A stretch of 64,000 nt of DNA from Tardiphaga sp. (GCF_028290495.1 NZ_JAQGJT010000113.1:5694-69693), one strand, 5' to 3'. Shown: positions 1-8,586, counted from the stretch's first letter. Made by a program: numbers and translations. The notes: generated by a model not told the origin, from the sequence alone.

Positions 1-9
1 ACGGGTCAT
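1..9 (-). CDS. Probable 5' end of a gene running off the left edge (ATG ACC CGT...)
   Basis: Minus-strand ATG at 9 with SD-like GAGGAAA just upstream (tttcctc at 15-21 on +); only three codons visible. Confidence 0.35.
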
Positions 10-179
10 GGCGTTTCCTCGTATCGTTTTTGTGCCGTTGCCGCGATGGCGGTCCGGCATTCCATCTATGCCGCGCAGCGTAGCGAGAACCATGCGGGAA
101 AGGGAAGGTTCGATTGAGCCACTTGCGAGGTTATTTTCGGATCTCGCGGAATTTGGCTACGCGCTCATGAGGCCACGCC

Positions 180-719
180 CTACACCGCCACCAGCTTCCG
201 ATGCGGTTCTGCCGGCAATTCCACCGCGATCGCATCGCCAGGCCGCACGCAGCCATCCGCCAGCACGATGGCCATGACGCCGGCCTTGCGGATCAGGTGG
301 CCCCCGGCGTCCTTGTCCAGGGTTGCGGCCATCAGGCCCTTCTGAAACGCGTCGATCTGGATGCAGGGATTGCGCAGCCCGGTGACTTCTATGACGGCGC
401 TGTCACCGAGCCGCAGCCGCGTCCCTGTCGGCAGCCCGAGCAGGTCGATGCCTGCGGTGGTGACGTTCTCGCCAAGCTCCGCCGGCTGCACCACGAATCC
501 CCTCGCGCGCAGCTCGTCGAACAGTTCGGCGTGGATCAGATGCACCTGGCGCAAATTCGGCTGGGTCGGATCGCGCTGTACCCGCGAGCGGTGCTTCACC
601 GTCTCGCCCATATGCGCGTCGCCCCCGACGCCGAGGCCTGCGAGCAGGCGAATGCTGAGCGTCGGCGTCTTGCTGAAGTGATGGCCGTGGCGCTGGGCGA
701 CGGCGAGGACGGTGGCCAT
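180..719 (-). CDS. MOSC domain protein (copy 1)
   Basis: HHFSK, GDAH, RQVHLIH, LGENVTT, RNPC (Moco-ligating Cys) and RKAGVM motifs; SD GGGGAG. Confidence 0.9.
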   Translation of the reverse strand: MATVLAVAQRHGHHFSKTPTLSIRLLAGLGVGGDAHMGETVKHRSRVQRDPTQPNLRQVHLIHAELFDELRARGFVVQPAELGENVTTAGIDLLGLPTGTRLRLGDSAVIEVTGLRNPCIQIDAFQKGLMAATLDKDAGGHLIRKAGVMAIVLADGCVRPGDAIAVELPAEPHRKLVAV

Positions 720-733
720 GCAAACTCCCCGGT

Positions 734-776
734 TGTCATTCCCCGCTGCGCCGATGGAGCGTGCGGGAGAATGACA
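734..776. repeat. GTCATTC-type REP-like hairpin
   Basis: TGTCATTCCCCGC...GCGGGAGAATGACA inverted repeat between the MOSC genes. Confidence 0.8.
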
Positions 777-777
777 G

Positions 778-1320
778 CTACACCAGCAGCAGTGGACGGT
801 GCGGTCCTTCGGGCGGCTCGACGCGGATGGCGTCGCCGGGGCGGACGTCGCCGCCGGTCAGCACGATGCTCATGATGCCGGCCTTGCGCACCAGCGTCTT
901 GGTCGCGTGGTTCTTCTCGAACACTTCGGCCAGCAGACCCTTCTGGAAGTCCTCGATCTGGTGGCAGGGGTTGCGCAGCCCGGTGATCTCGATCACCGCT
1001 CCGTCGCCGAGATGGAGCCTGGTGCCGGTCGACAGCCCGAGCAGGTCGATGCCCTCGGTGGTGACGTTCTCGCCGAGGTCGCCGGGATTGACGTCGAAGC
1101 CCTTGGCGCGAACCTCGTCGAACAGTTCGCGGTGTATCAGGTGCACCTGGCGCAGGTTCGGCGCATCAGGGTTCTTGCGTGCGAGGTAGGGGTGCATGAC
1201 CTTCTCGCCCATATGCGCGTCGCCCTCGACGCCGAGGCCTGCGAGCAGGCGAATGCTGAGCGCCGGCGGCTTGCTGAAGTGGTGCCCCTTGCGGAAACAG
1301 ACGGCGACGACGCGACCCAT
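778..1320 (-). CDS. MOSC domain protein (copy 2)
   Basis: Same motifs as copy 1 (GDAH, RQVHLIH, LGENVTT, RNPC, RKAG); start set at MGRVVAV by alignment with copy 1. Confidence 0.9.
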   Translation of the reverse strand: MGRVVAVCFRKGHHFSKPPALSIRLLAGLGVEGDAHMGEKVMHPYLARKNPDAPNLRQVHLIHRELFDEVRAKGFDVNPGDLGENVTTEGIDLLGLSTGTRLHLGDGAVIEITGLRNPCHQIEDFQKGLLAEVFEKNHATKTLVRKAGIMSIVLTGGDVRPGDAIRVEPPEGPHRPLLLV

Positions 1321-1332
1321 GCACATTCCCTT

Positions 1333-1389
1333 CATTGTCATTCCGGGGTCGCCCGCAGCTTGGGCTGCGCGCGACCCGCAATGACAATG
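1333..1389. repeat. GTCATTC-type REP-like hairpin
   Basis: CATTGTCATTCCGGGGTCGC...GCGACCCGCAATGACAATG inverted repeat immediately after the purB stop. Confidence 0.8.
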
Positions 1390-1390
1390 C

Positions 1391-2698
1391 TTAATTCGTG
1401 CCAAACACGCGGTTGAAGATCGTATCGACGTGCTTGAAGTGATAGCCGAGGTCGAACTGTTCCTCGATCTCGGCGTCAGATAGATACTTCGTAACGTCGG
1501 CGTCGTTCTTCAGCAGCGTCTGGAAGTCGCCTTCGCCGCGCCACACCGGCATCGCGTTGCGCTGTACGAGCTTGTAGGCGTCCTCGCGCGAGGCGCCCTT
1601 CTGCGTCAGCGCGATCAGCAAGCGCTGCGAATGCACGAGGCCGCCGAGGCGATCCAGGTTCTTCTGCATGTTGGCGGGATATATCAGGAGCTTCTCGATC
1701 ACGCCGGCCATTCGGTTCAGCGCGAAGTCGAGCGTCACGGTGGCATCGGGGCCGAACATGCGCTCGGCCGAGGAATGCGAGATATCGCGCTCGTGCCACA
1801 GCACCACGTTCTCCATCGCCGGCACGACATAGGCGCGGACCATGCGGGCGAGGCCGGTGATGTTCTCGGTCAAGACCGGGTTGCGCTTGTGCGGCATCGC
1901 CGACGAGCCCTTCTGGCCCTCGGAAAAGAACTCTTCGGCTTCCAGCACTTCGGTGCGCTGCATGTGGCGCACTTCGGTGGCCAGGCGCTCCATCGACGAG
2001 GCGATCACGCCCAGCGTGGCGAAGAACATCGCGTGGCGGTCGCGCGGGATCACCTGCGTCGAGATCGGTTCGACGGCAAGGCCCATCGCTTTCGCAACAT
2101 GCGCTTCGACGCGCGGATCGATCTGCGCGAAAGTGCCGACCGCGCCGGAGATCGCGCAGGTCGCGACTTCCTTGCGCGCGGTAATGAGACGTTCGCGGGC
2201 GCGCGTAAATTCGGCATAGGCGTAAGCGAGCTTCAGGCCGAAGGTGACCGGCTCGGCGTGGATGCCATGCGAGCGGCCGATGGTCGGGGTCATCTTGTGT
2301 TCGAAGGCGCGGGTCTTCAGCGCCGCCAGCAGACGATCGACGTCGGCAATGAGAAGGTCGGCGCAGCGCGTCAGCTGCACGTTGAGGCAGGTGTCGAGCA
2401 CGTCGGAGGAGGTCATGCCCTGATGCACGAAGCGCGCTTCCGGGCCGACGATTTCGGCCAGGTGGGTCAGGAAGGCGATGACGTCGTGCTTGGTCTCGCG
2501 CTCGATCTCGTCGATGCGGTCCACGTTGAAGGTGACGTCCTTGGCCTTGGCCCAGATGGTCCTGGCGGCTTCCTTCGGGATGGTGCCCAGCTCCGCCAGC
2601 GCATCGGCCGCATGGGCCTCGATCTCGAACCAGATCTTGAAGCGGGTCTGCGGCTCCCAAATGGCAGCCATTTCGGGACGGGTATAGCGGGGGATCAT
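1391..2698 (-). CDS. purB: Adenylosuccinate lyase
   Basis: MIPRY N-terminus, HDVIAF, GRSHGIHAEP and the fumarase-family signature GSSAMPHKRNP. Confidence 0.97.
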   Translation of the reverse strand: MIPRYTRPEMAAIWEPQTRFKIWFEIEAHAADALAELGTIPKEAARTIWAKAKDVTFNVDRIDEIERETKHDVIAFLTHLAEIVGPEARFVHQGMTSSDVLDTCLNVQLTRCADLLIADVDRLLAALKTRAFEHKMTPTIGRSHGIHAEPVTFGLKLAYAYAEFTRARERLITARKEVATCAISGAVGTFAQIDPRVEAHVAKAMGLAVEPISTQVIPRDRHAMFFATLGVIASSMERLATEVRHMQRTEVLEAEEFFSEGQKGSSAMPHKRNPVLTENITGLARMVRAYVVPAMENVVLWHERDISHSSAERMFGPDATVTLDFALNRMAGVIEKLLIYPANMQKNLDRLGGLVHSQRLLIALTQKGASREDAYKLVQRNAMPVWRGEGDFQTLLKNDADVTKYLSDAEIEEQFDLGYHFKHVDTIFNRVFGTN

Positions 2699-2813
2699 GG
2701 GCACTCGCGGGGTTTGGGGGATTACGCCGCGCTTTAGCAGAAAGGGGCGGGGGAGGCCAGAACGGATGGCGGTGCGGGAGGGGGCGCGGAAAGTCGCCGG
2801 ACGCGGCCACCCA

Positions 2814-2956
2814 CGCTGTCATTCCGGGGCGCGCTCGGCCGGCGAAGCCGGCGCAGCGAGAACCCGGAATCTCGAGATGGCGAACCGCACTTCTGGATTC
2901 CGGGTTCGCAAATCCATCGCCTGACGGCGCCGGATTTGCGCCCCGGAATGACAGCG
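2814..2956. repeat. Full-length GTCATTCCGG palindromic dimer (REP/MITE-like)
   Basis: Terminal IR CGCTGTCATTCCGGGGCGC...GCGCCCCGGAATGACAGCG with internal IR GAACCCGGAATC...GATTCCGGGTTC. Confidence 0.9.
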
Positions 2957-2990
2957 GTGGGCGATGTGCCCGGGCCTCAAGGTCGAAATG

Positions 2991-3077
2991 GTAGTATGGC
3001 CAAAGCGAAGCGTGTCCACCCCTTTCAATCTCGGTGCACGATGGTGGGCACGGCGCAAGAGCGCGCTTGTTCCCTAC
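2991..3077. repeat. Degenerate GTAG-family REP doublet
   Basis: GTAGTATGGCCAAAGCGAAGCGTGTCCACC...GGTGGGCACGGCGCAAGAGCGC...CCCTAC. Confidence 0.75.
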
Positions 3078-3101
3078 GCTTCCTGTGTTGAGGCTTTAAT
3101 C

Positions 3102-3437
3102 ATGTCGAACGCCATGCAGCGCATTTTGAAACTCCGAGACGGCGCCGGATTCGTCGATGTCACCGTGGGCATTTCGTGGCCCGAGCAGCGCGAAAATTCG
3201 TGGTTCTCGGACTGGACGATCGGCTGGCCCGACCGCGAGCGGAAAGGTTCAGCGGGTGGGGCGGACGCCATTCAGGCGTTGCTTGTTGCGTTGAATATCG
3301 TCGGCACCGAGCTCCATTGTAGTGCGGAGCACCAGGCGGGACGGCTGAGCTGGGCCGATGACTGGTCCGGTTACGGCTTTCCGGTGCCGAACGGGATGCG
3401 CGATGCACTGAAGGGCGACGATGCGCGGTATCTTTGA
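3102..3437 (+). CDS. Small hypothetical protein, DUF6968-like
   Basis: 111 aa with W..TIGWP, GADAIQAL and GYGFP pattern; SD GAGG; flanked by REP-like repeats. Confidence 0.7.
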   Translation: MSNAMQRILKLRDGAGFVDVTVGISWPEQRENSWFSDWTIGWPDRERKGSAGGADAIQALLVALNIVGTELHCSAEHQAGRLSWADDWSGYGFPVPNGMRDALKGDDARYL

Positions 3438-3460
3438 GACCGCGAGAAGCCCGTGGCCCT

Positions 3461-3518
3461 GCAGGATGGGTTGAGCGCAGCCAGGTAGCTCGCATGACGC
3501 TGCGCTCATGCGGGCTAC
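3461..3518. repeat. GTAG-family REP (half copy plus hairpin)
   Basis: GTAGCTCGCATGA...TCATGCGGGCTAC hairpin at 3485-3518, preceded by GCAGGATGGGTTGAGCGCAGC. Confidence 0.75.
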
Positions 3519-3558
3519 GCGCTTCATCCGAAAGGACGGAGGCAACCCACCCTGAGGC

Positions 3559-4257
3559 TTAAATCGCTTCTCCGCGCGCCTGCAGCGCAGCTCCGCGGAT
3601 TCCATCGATATTCGCCTTGTAGCTCTCCACCGTGCCGCCCTTGAACACCGCCGAGCCCGCGACGAACGCATTCGCGCCGGCAGCCGCCAGTTGGCCTGAT
3701 ACCGCCGACGTAACGCCGCCGTCGACTTCGATATCGATCGGGCGGCCCGCGGTCATGGCGCGCAGGTCGGAGATCTTGCCGAGCGCGGAGGGGATGAAGG
3801 CCTGGCCGCCGAAGCCGGGGTTGACGGACATGATGAGCACGATGTCGAGGAGGTCGATGACGTATTCGATCGCCGACAGCGGCGTGCCGGGATTCAGCGA
3901 GACGCCGGCCTTCTTGCCGAGCGCGCGGATCGCCTGCAGCGAGCGGTGCAGATGCGGGCCGGCCTCGGCATGCACGGTGATGTGGTCGCAGCCGGCTTTC
4001 GCGAAGGCTTCCAGATAGGCGTCGCACGGCGCGATCATCAGATGCGCGTCAAAGATCTTCTTGGTGTGCGGCCGCATCGCCTTGATGACATCCGGGCCGT
4101 AGGAAATGTTCGGCACGAAATGGCCGTCCATCACGTCGAGATGCAGCCAGTCGGCGCCGGCTTGATCGACGGCGCGGACCTCTTCGCCGAGTTTCGAGAA
4201 ATCCGCGGCCAGGATCGAGGGCGCAATGACGAGGGGGCGGGGCGCGAAGCTGGACAT
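3559..4257 (-). CDS. rpe: Ribulose-phosphate 3-epimerase
   Basis: [37 protein letters not shown]. Confidence 0.97.
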   Translation of the reverse strand: MSSFAPRPLVIAPSILAADFSKLGEEVRAVDQAGADWLHLDVMDGHFVPNISYGPDVIKAMRPHTKKIFDAHLMIAPCDAYLEAFAKAGCDHITVHAEAGPHLHRSLQAIRALGKKAGVSLNPGTPLSAIEYVIDLLDIVLIMSVNPGFGGQAFIPSALGKISDLRAMTAGRPIDIEVDGGVTSAVSGQLAAAGANAFVAGSAVFKGGTVESYKANIDGIRGAALQARGEAI

Positions 4258-4353
4258 CGGGTTTCCTGGGCGTTCCTGCGGAGGGGAGGACCCCGCGTAA
4301 CATGGGCTTCGCGCAGCGGCAACGCGCGCGGTCGATCAGCACGGCCGATCGGT

Positions 4354-4390
4354 CCCGGCACATTCTGCCGCAACGGCATGATTTGCCGGG
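4354..4390. promoter_or_regulatory. Two tandem FlbD-type ftr enhancer palindromes
   Basis: CCCGGCA-CATTC-TGCCG (4354-4370) and CGGCA-TGATT-TGCCGGG (4374-4390), about 90-105 bp upstream of the predicted sigma54 start site. Confidence 0.7.
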
Positions 4391-4442
4391 ATTCTTCGCC
4401 CGCTGAAGCGGAAATGTTGTTGTTTTTACGGGGTTATTTCGC

Positions 4443-4458
4443 TGGCACGTGACTTGCT
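4443..4458 (+). promoter_or_regulatory. Sigma54 (-24/-12) promoter
   Basis: TGGCACG-TGAC-TTGCT, an exact match to TGGCACG-N4-TTGCW, 55 bp before the ATG at 4513. Confidence 0.88.
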
Positions 4459-4512
4459 CCCTCTAAAGCTGCGAATTCAGGCCGCACGCCGCGGCATGGA
4501 CAGGAGTTTTCG

Positions 4513-5292
4513 ATGTTGCCAGCCCTCGCTGCCGCCACCACCGCCATCGACGCGCTTCAGGCGCTGACCGCCTCGAAGAAAAAGAGCGCGGCGACCAGCA
4601 CCGGCACGTCAAGCGCCAACACGCCGTTCACCACGGCGGCGACCTCCAGTGCCACCGCCACGCCGGTGATCAGCAGCAGTTCGAGCAGCTCCGGTACGCT
4701 GTCGACCAGCACGATGAGTGCGGCGATCGCGGCGCAGTGCGACGCTTCCAACGCCAGCACGACATCGGCCTCCAGCGGCAAGTCGGATCCGTTGAAGAAG
4801 CTGTTCAGCCTGCTCGACAGCGACGGCAGCGGCGGCATCAGCAAGGCCGAGTTCGAGGACAAGCTCGGCGCCGGCGGCACCAACGTCGCCAATGCCGACA
4901 AGGTGTTCGCCAAGCTCGATACCAACGGCGACGGCTCGGTCAGCCAGGATGAGCTGTCGGTGGCGCTGAAGGGCAAGGGCGCCGCCAGCTCGGCCGCAGC
5001 GGCGCTAAAAGGCGGCGGCGGTGGCGGCGGCGGCGATAGCGACACCAAGGACGCCACCTCCACGACCACGATGAATCCCGACGGCACCACGACGACATCG
5101 ACCACCTATGCCGATGGCTCCGTGGTCTCGATGACGTCCGCGCCGACCCCGACCGGCAGCGCATCGACGACCGCGAATGCCACGTCGTCGAAGGCCAGCT
5201 CGTCGTATAATTTCATCGAGCAGATGATCCAGCGCCAGGCGCAGGCGATCCAGGCCTCCAAGGCCACCTCGACGCTGTCGATCAGCGCCTGA
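4513..5292 (+). CDS. Ser/Thr/Ala-rich EF-hand calcium-binding protein (XopAW-like architecture)
   Basis: EF loops DSDGSGGISKAE and DTNGDGSVSQDE; low-complexity linkers; SD CAGGAG; no Sec signal peptide. Confidence 0.88.
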   Translation: MLPALAAATTAIDALQALTASKKKSAATSTGTSSANTPFTTAATSSATATPVISSSSSSSGTLSTSTMSAAIAAQCDASNASTTSASSGKSDPLKKLFSLLDSDGSGGISKAEFEDKLGAGGTNVANADKVFAKLDTNGDGSVSQDELSVALKGKGAASSAAAALKGGGGGGGGDSDTKDATSTTTMNPDGTTTTSTTYADGSVVSMTSAPTPTGSASTTANATSSKASSSYNFIEQMIQRQAQAIQASKATSTLSISA

Positions 5293-5302
5293 TCGTAGTT
5301 TC

Positions 5303-5434
5303 CTCTCGTGCCCCGGACGCGATGCGATACGAAGTATCGTTTCGCAGGGCCGGGGCCGTCACGCACGCCGGTGTCTGGCATGATCCCGGCTCTGCGCGAC
5401 AGCGCTTCGCGCTGCGGCGCGTCCGGGACAAGAG
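5303..5434. repeat. CCCGGACGCG-type palindromic repeat dimer
   Basis: Terminal IR CTCTCGTGCCCCGGACGCG...CGCGTCCGGGACAAGAG between convergent genes. Confidence 0.8.
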
Positions 5435-5442
5435 GGGGCCAT

Positions 5443-5649
5443 TCATCGCCGCCGTTCCAGCTCCCGATACGCATAGGCGTCCCGGATGTGCGCGTTGAAG
5501 AACGTGCCTTGCGACGGCGTCGTCGAAATTGCCGTGAACATTTCCGGCGCGACATCCGCATAGGCATAGCGGCGGCCACTGACGAAGGTCACGGTGAGTT
5601 CGCGCGTGGCAGCATCGTAGGCGAGGTGTCGTATGGCTGACGAAGGCAT
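5443..5649 (-). CDS. KTSC domain protein
   Basis: MPSSAIRHLAYD...LTVTF.SG..Y.Y..V......S.G.FFN.HIRD pattern, 68 aa. Confidence 0.85.
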   Translation of the reverse strand: MPSSAIRHLAYDAATRELTVTFVSGRRYAYADVAPEMFTAISTTPSQGTFFNAHIRDAYAYRELERRR

Positions 5650-5858
5650 GGCGGCCGGTCCGGTGAAGCCCTGCTGGTAATAACTACCACCGTCATTCGT
5701 TGCGCGCGGCCCGGTGGTACACATCGGCGCGACGGTGGTAGGCGGCGGCGCGGGCTTTCGAAGGGCGTCGATTAATCCCGCCGCCGGGAAGGAACTTCAT
5801 TCTTTGCTTACTATAACGCGACACGCTTCCCTCGATTGTAAAGTATTTCGGGTGGCGT

Positions 5859-7037
5859 ATGTTGCGTATGAAAGTATTCATCGCGGTCGTCGGTATTTAT
5901 TTACTTGGCGGGCCGGCCTTCGCCGAGGACGACTTTCTGGCCTCGGTGCGGCTGCGCGGCGGCTATGACAGCAATCCGCAATTCGGCTCCGGCCACGGCT
6001 CGCCGGGCAGCGCCTTCATTGCCACCGATGTCGCGCTCGCCGCCGGCAGCAAGGACGACAGCGGCAGTTGGGGCGTCACCGCGGAAGGCAGCACCACGCG
6101 CTACGCCAATCCGTTGCTGCTGCCGATGACCAACGGCAAGGTGATGCTGCGGGGAACGACGGGCAACGATGAGTTGCGCGTCACTTCGACCACCACGCTG
6201 TCCGATTTCAACAGCTACAATCTGCGCGCCAGCGATCTGTTGCAGACCGTCAAGCTCGAGTCGCTGCAGGACAAGGTCAAATTGTTCGTCACCGCGGAAG
6301 GCGGGCGCTCGACGCTGAACCAGACCAACGCAATCTTTGAGGATTTCCTGCCGACGCCGCTGTCGTACTGGCGCGGCGCGATCATTCCCGGCGTCAGCGT
6401 GATCCGCGGCAAGGCCGAGCTCGGCGTCTCCGTGAATCTGTCGGCGCGGCGCTACGCCGAGGAGCTCGACGTGTTCGGCTATCGCCGCGACAACGAGCGC
6501 GTGCAGCCGTTTGTGTTCGCGAAGTATGATGCCGACGAAGTCACCGCCTTTGCCTCGGTCTCGAAACTGTACGGCAAATGGCACGACGTGGATTTCAGCA
6601 ATGTCGAGCGCACGCTGTTCGACGCCAGTGTGAGCTGGCGGCCGGCCAGATGGAAGACGGTGACGCTGGATCTGAATGCCACGCGCCGCGCCGGCGAGAC
6701 CACCTTTCCGGTCTCGCCGATCACCATCGATACGCTCTACTCGGCCAAGGCGGGCTGGCAGGTCGATCCGAAGCTGCTGCTGACGGCGGCGGCCGGCTAT
6801 GCGTCGATCGAATATCTGGATTCGCCGTTCCGGCAGACCACCACCACGTTCGGCGTCGGCATGTCGCGAGAGATCACCAAGGATATCAAATGGGGCATGG
6901 ACCTGTCGCGCACGACGGGCACGCTGATCAATGGCGAGAGGGCCAATGCGATCATCGTAGCGTCGTCGCTGACCAAGACCTTTGCGCCGAACGAGGCCCG
7001 GGCGAAGGCGGAAGACAAGGCCAAGGTGGCCAAATAA
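5859..7037 (+). CDS. Outer membrane beta-barrel protein (BBP2-like)
   Basis: Signal peptide ending PAFA, GGYDSN motif near the N-terminus, alternating amphipathic beta-strands throughout. Confidence 0.8.
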   Translation: MLRMKVFIAVVGIYLLGGPAFAEDDFLASVRLRGGYDSNPQFGSGHGSPGSAFIATDVALAAGSKDDSGSWGVTAEGSTTRYANPLLLPMTNGKVMLRGTTGNDELRVTSTTTLSDFNSYNLRASDLLQTVKLESLQDKVKLFVTAEGGRSTLNQTNAIFEDFLPTPLSYWRGAIIPGVSVIRGKAELGVSVNLSARRYAEELDVFGYRRDNERVQPFVFAKYDADEVTAFASVSKLYGKWHDVDFSNVERTLFDASVSWRPARWKTVTLDLNATRRAGETTFPVSPITIDTLYSAKAGWQVDPKLLLTAAAGYASIEYLDSPFRQTTTTFGVGMSREITKDIKWGMDLSRTTGTLINGERANAIIVASSLTKTFAPNEARAKAEDKAKVAK

Positions 7038-7078
7038 GATGACGAAGTGAAATCGTGAAGTGAAACCAGGAAGTACAA

Positions 7079-7104
7079 AACGAGCGGGGCGTCCCCCGTT
7101 CGTT
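7079..7104 (-). terminator. Intrinsic terminator between convergent genes
   Basis: AACGAGCGGGG-CGTC-CCCCGTTCGTT hairpin with a T run on the minus strand. Confidence 0.7.
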
Positions 7105-7115
7105 CCAGTGTGATG

Positions 7116-7397
7116 TCAGCAGCCGCAGCCGCCGCCGGAATGGCCGCCGGAATTGCCGCGCCCACCGCCGAGGATGGCGCCGAGGATGCCGCCCTTGCCG
7201 GTGTTGACGCTGGCGCCGATGCCCAGGCCGCTATTGCCGCGGCCACCGCCGCCGAGCAGGCCGAGCACGCCGTTCGAACCCGTCACAACGCTGGCATTGA
7301 TGATCAGGCCTCGTCCACCACCACCACCACCGCCAGCAAAGGCCGGGGCGGAGAGCAATGCGGTAGCCATCGCAGCGAGAACGACGATCTTCTTCAT
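7116..7397 (-). CDS. Small secreted Gly-rich repeat protein ending in CGC
   Basis: MKKIVVLAAMATALLSAPAFA signal peptide, SD AAGGAGA, two imperfect ~28-aa repeats, 93 aa. Confidence 0.8.
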   Translation of the reverse strand: MKKIVVLAAMATALLSAPAFAGGGGGGGRGLIINASVVTGSNGVLGLLGGGGRGNSGLGIGASVNTGKGGILGAILGGGRGNSGGHSGGGCGC

Positions 7398-7471
7398 GAC
7401 GCTTCTCCTTGTTGCGCGCTCTTTTGTGAAGCGCATCGACAAGGTGACGCCGGGTTTTACGTCCGGCAAGT

Positions 7472-7488
7472 TAAACGGATTTTTAACC
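7472..7488. promoter_or_regulatory. CtrA-like site in an AT-rich upstream region
   Basis: TAAA-N7-TTAACC, one mismatch to TTAA-N7-TTAAC. Confidence 0.4.
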
Positions 7489-7590
7489 TTAGTATACTTG
7501 GATTTATCATATACCACCAAAGTAAATAGGTAGTTTTATGTGTTCGTGCGGAAATATATACCCGGATGATCTTGGCGGTGACGGGAGCGC

Positions 7591-8586
7591 CTAGCCGAAT
7601 TTGTCGCGCCATGCGGGCTGCGCGCCTTCGAAGGGCAGCGCGGTGGCGTGATAGACGCCCCGCGCAATGGCGCGTGCGGTAACGTGACCGGCGACCATGC
7701 CGAGTTCGGTCAGGCCGACGAGCGGATCGATCGGCTTCTCGCCGGTCGCCGCCGCGAACACGATGTCGCCGTCGAGCGGCGCGTGCACCGGGGTGATGGC
7801 GCGCGCAAAGCCGGTCTGCGCCATCATCGCCAGCCGCTTTGCCTGCGGCTTGCTGAGCATCGCGTCGGTGACGACCACCACCAATGTGGTGTTCTCGATC
7901 GCGGAGGCCGCCGTGCCGCCCTTGATGCGCATCGCCAGCATGTCCGGCGTGAAATGCGCGGGCAGGCCCCGCTGGCCGAATTCGTCGGAGACCTCGAACG
8001 GCGCCGACCAGAACCACGGCCCGTCGCCCACGGTGACGCTGCCGATCGCATTGACCACGGCGAGCGCCGCGACGCGCACGCCGCCGGAGGTGATCGCCGA
8101 AGCGGAGCCCAGCCCGCCCTTGAAATTCGCCGTGGTGGCGCCGCGGCCGGCGCCCACGCTGCCGAGCGCAAAGCTGTCGCCGGCGGCCTCCGCCGCGGCG
8201 TAGCCGAGGTCGCGGTAGGGGGCGAAGCGGCCCCATTTCTTGTTGCCGCCGTTCAGCAGGTCGAAGCACACCGCGCCGGGCACGATCGGGATCACGGCGT
8301 CGCCGATGCGAAAGCCGCGGCCCTGTTCGGCGAGCCAGGCCTGCACGCCGCCGCCGGCCTCAAGGCCAAAGGCCGATCCGCCGGACAATGCGATGCCGTT
8401 GATGGTCTCCACGGTATTGACGGGGTCGAGCAGCGTGGTGTCGCGGGTGCCGGGCCCGCCGCCGCGCACATCCATGGCCGCCACCGCGGGGTGGTCGAAC
8501 AGGATCGCGGTGACGCCGGAGGCGAGGGCAGCGTCGTCGGCGTGGCCGACGCGGACGCCGGCAATGTCGGTCAGGAGGTTGTGCAT
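7591..8586 (-). CDS. P1/S58 (DmpA-like) peptidase
   Basis: LTDIAGVRVGH, DVRGGGPGTR, LSGGSAFGL, GAGRGA, NTT and DGD motifs. Confidence 0.9.
   Translation of the reverse strand: MHNLLTDIAGVRVGHADDAALASGVTAILFDHPAVAAMDVRGGGPGTRDTTLLDPVNTVETINGIALSGGSAFGLEAGGGVQAWLAEQGRGFRIGDAVIPIVPGAVCFDLLNGGNKKWGRFAPYRDLGYAAAEAAGDSFALGSVGAGRGATTANFKGGLGSASAITSGGVRVAALAVVNAIGSVTVGDGPWFWSAPFEVSDEFGQRGLPAHFTPDMLAMRIKGGTAASAIENTTLVVVVTDAMLSKPQAKRLAMMAQTGFARAITPVHAPLDGDIVFAAATGEKPIDPLVGLTELGMVAGHVTARAIARGVYHATALPFEGAQPAWRDKFG

Noticed and set aside
80-130. AGGGAAGG...GAGCCACT resembling cobalamin riboswitch fragments
   Set aside because: Incomplete, and opposite in orientation to the flanking minus-strand genes.
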